From an uncultured Candidatus Saccharimonas sp. (lineage in GTDB: Bacteria > Patescibacteriota > Saccharimonadia > Saccharimonadales > Saccharimonadaceae), in the NCBI GenBank assembly GCA_964407205.1, contig CAYOUQ010000001.1, forward strand, positions 29,425 to 93,424: 64,000 nucleotides of DNA. Reading direction: 5' to 3'. The notes under the pieces were generated by a model that saw only the letters and a list, made by a program, of their open reading frames with translations, made no database searches and was not told the DNA's origin. Positions 63,142 through 64,000 of the stretch are shown here, in pieces; position 1 is the first letter of the stretch, and each line of letters starts with the position of its first letter. Made by a program: the position numbers and the translations under genes.

Positions 63142-63516
63142 TTATTCAACTACAGCAAGACCAAGCACAATATAGTTCTTAGATTTGTTATATGAAATCG
63201 TGAGACTGTCTTGCAAGTCAGATTCGTTGTTCTTTGGTTTTAGCCATGTCAGTTTTTTGAGGGAAAATATTTTAATTGCCTCTGTTGTATCATAATTTTT
63301 TTCGAAATAATCAGTTGCATCTAAAACATACTTATTATTATCAATTCCCAATAATGTTAGGTGCTTATCTGGTGAATGTTTGATTGATTTAATTATCTCG
63401 ATTTGTTTAAAATCAATAAAACACCCGACAACTTCTTTGATATCGGGCACAGACAGGCTGTATTCGTCTGTCTGGTTTGTTTGCGTAGTTTGACTTTTGC
63501 CGTCATCATCCTGCAT
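63142..63516 (-). CDS. Hypothetical 124-aa protein (possible immunity-type partner of the upstream gene)
   Basis: AT-rich soluble ORF immediately downstream of the partial repeat-motif gene. The function is purely contextual speculation. Confidence 0.4.
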   Translation of the reverse strand: MQDDDGKSQTTQTNQTDEYSLSVPDIKEVVGCFIDFKQIEIIKSIKHSPDKHLTLLGIDNNKYVLDATDYFEKNYDTTEAIKIFSLKKLTWLKPKNNESDLQDSLTISYNKSKNYIVLGLAVVE

Positions 63517-63542
63517 CTTGATTAAATTATATCATTACAATT

Positions 63543-63575
63543 AAAAAGAGTCAGCCGCCAGGCTGACCCTTTTTG
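63543..63575. terminator. Bidirectional-looking hairpin terminator between the partial repeat-motif gene and the 124-aa gene
   Basis: AAAAAGA-GTCAGCC-gcca-GGCTGAC-CCTTTTTG. Confidence 0.6.
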
Positions 63576-63580
63576 TTCTA

Positions 63581-64000
63581 TTATTGGTATTGCACACCCT
63601 GGAGATCATTGATGATAATCTGCCCGTTTTCACGCCAGTAGCGAATATTTTGTTTTATCACTACAACATGATTGTGGCCCGGACCGTCTGGCTCACCAGA
63701 CCCGCCGAAATAGATATCGATTCGGTCAGAGTTACCCTGGTCGCTCATAATGATTTTCGCTGGTTGTCCATTATACTTTCCGTTGGCACCAGTGAAATTT
63801 TTTGAACCGTGGTCCTCCATTGGCATACGCCTGTACGTTACCTTGCCAGACCGATCCATCGAAATGTGGCCGTGCCATAACCCGTCATCGCCTATGCCAC
63901 CGAAATAAAAGTTGACCGTTCCGGTGATATCCTGTTTGACTTTTACATCATCCAGATATTGATACGGGACACCGGCCTGTTCAGCCAGTTTTCTGTCACT
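63581..64000 (-). CDS. C-terminal part of a larger protein (open to the window edge) with a duplicated YFGGxGxxDGxxHxH motif
   Basis: The frame of the 92-aa ORF stays open upstream to position 64000 (SDRKLAEQAGVPYQYLDDVKVKQDITGTVNFYFGGIGDDGLWHGHIS-MDRSGK...). G+C is visibly higher than in the neighbours. Confidence 0.6.
   Translation of the reverse strand, partial: SDRKLAEQAGVPYQYLDDVKVKQDITGTVNFYFGGIGDDGLWHGHISMDRSGKVTYRRMPMEDHGSKNFTGANGKYNGQPAKIIMSDQGNSDRIDIYFGGSGEPDGPGHNHVVVIKQNIRYWRENGQIIINDLQGVQYQ

Overview
This is a compact, low-G+C bacterial chromosome segment. About 59 of 64 genes lie on the minus strand, and many neighbours share ATGA start/stop overlaps. The content fits a reduced-genome Patescibacteria/CPR organism, probably Saccharibacteria-like (inference from gene content only). 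It includes a dcw cluster (murG-ftsW-mraY-ftsI-ftsL-rsmH-mraZ) and a Firmicute-like hpf-secA...prfB-ftsE-ftsX-CHAP hydrolase-ctpA block. It also has five aminoacyl-tRNA ligases, rpsB-tsf-frr-uppS-rseP, ppdK, a pilin-like protein and secreted wall hydrolases, and no biosynthetic operons. An intact RF2 gene is consistent with a genetic code in which UGA is a stop (code 11). I saw no rRNA, tRNA, transposase or CRISPR array by eye.

The most interesting region is an accessory islet between hpf and serS (33.9-38.1 kb). It holds a frameshift-split DUF1874 (AcrIII-1/Crn2-type cA4 ring nuclease) gene on a visibly G+C-richer patch. It also holds a ~340-nt structured non-coding leader or sRNA behind a consensus promoter, a divergent and probably leaderless TrmB-type regulator, and two orphan proteins of 207 and 585 aa.

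Other leads:
- an rnhA gene followed by a possible KwaB-like gene with no KwaA
- a MurD + PP-loop (MurL-like) pair
- structured spacers inside the dcw operon
- an rpsB leader whose hairpin loop is complementary to the SD
- a G+C-rich 81-aa orphan with a structured leader
- a partial repeat-motif protein at the window edge

All family assignments come from motif reading, not from database searches.
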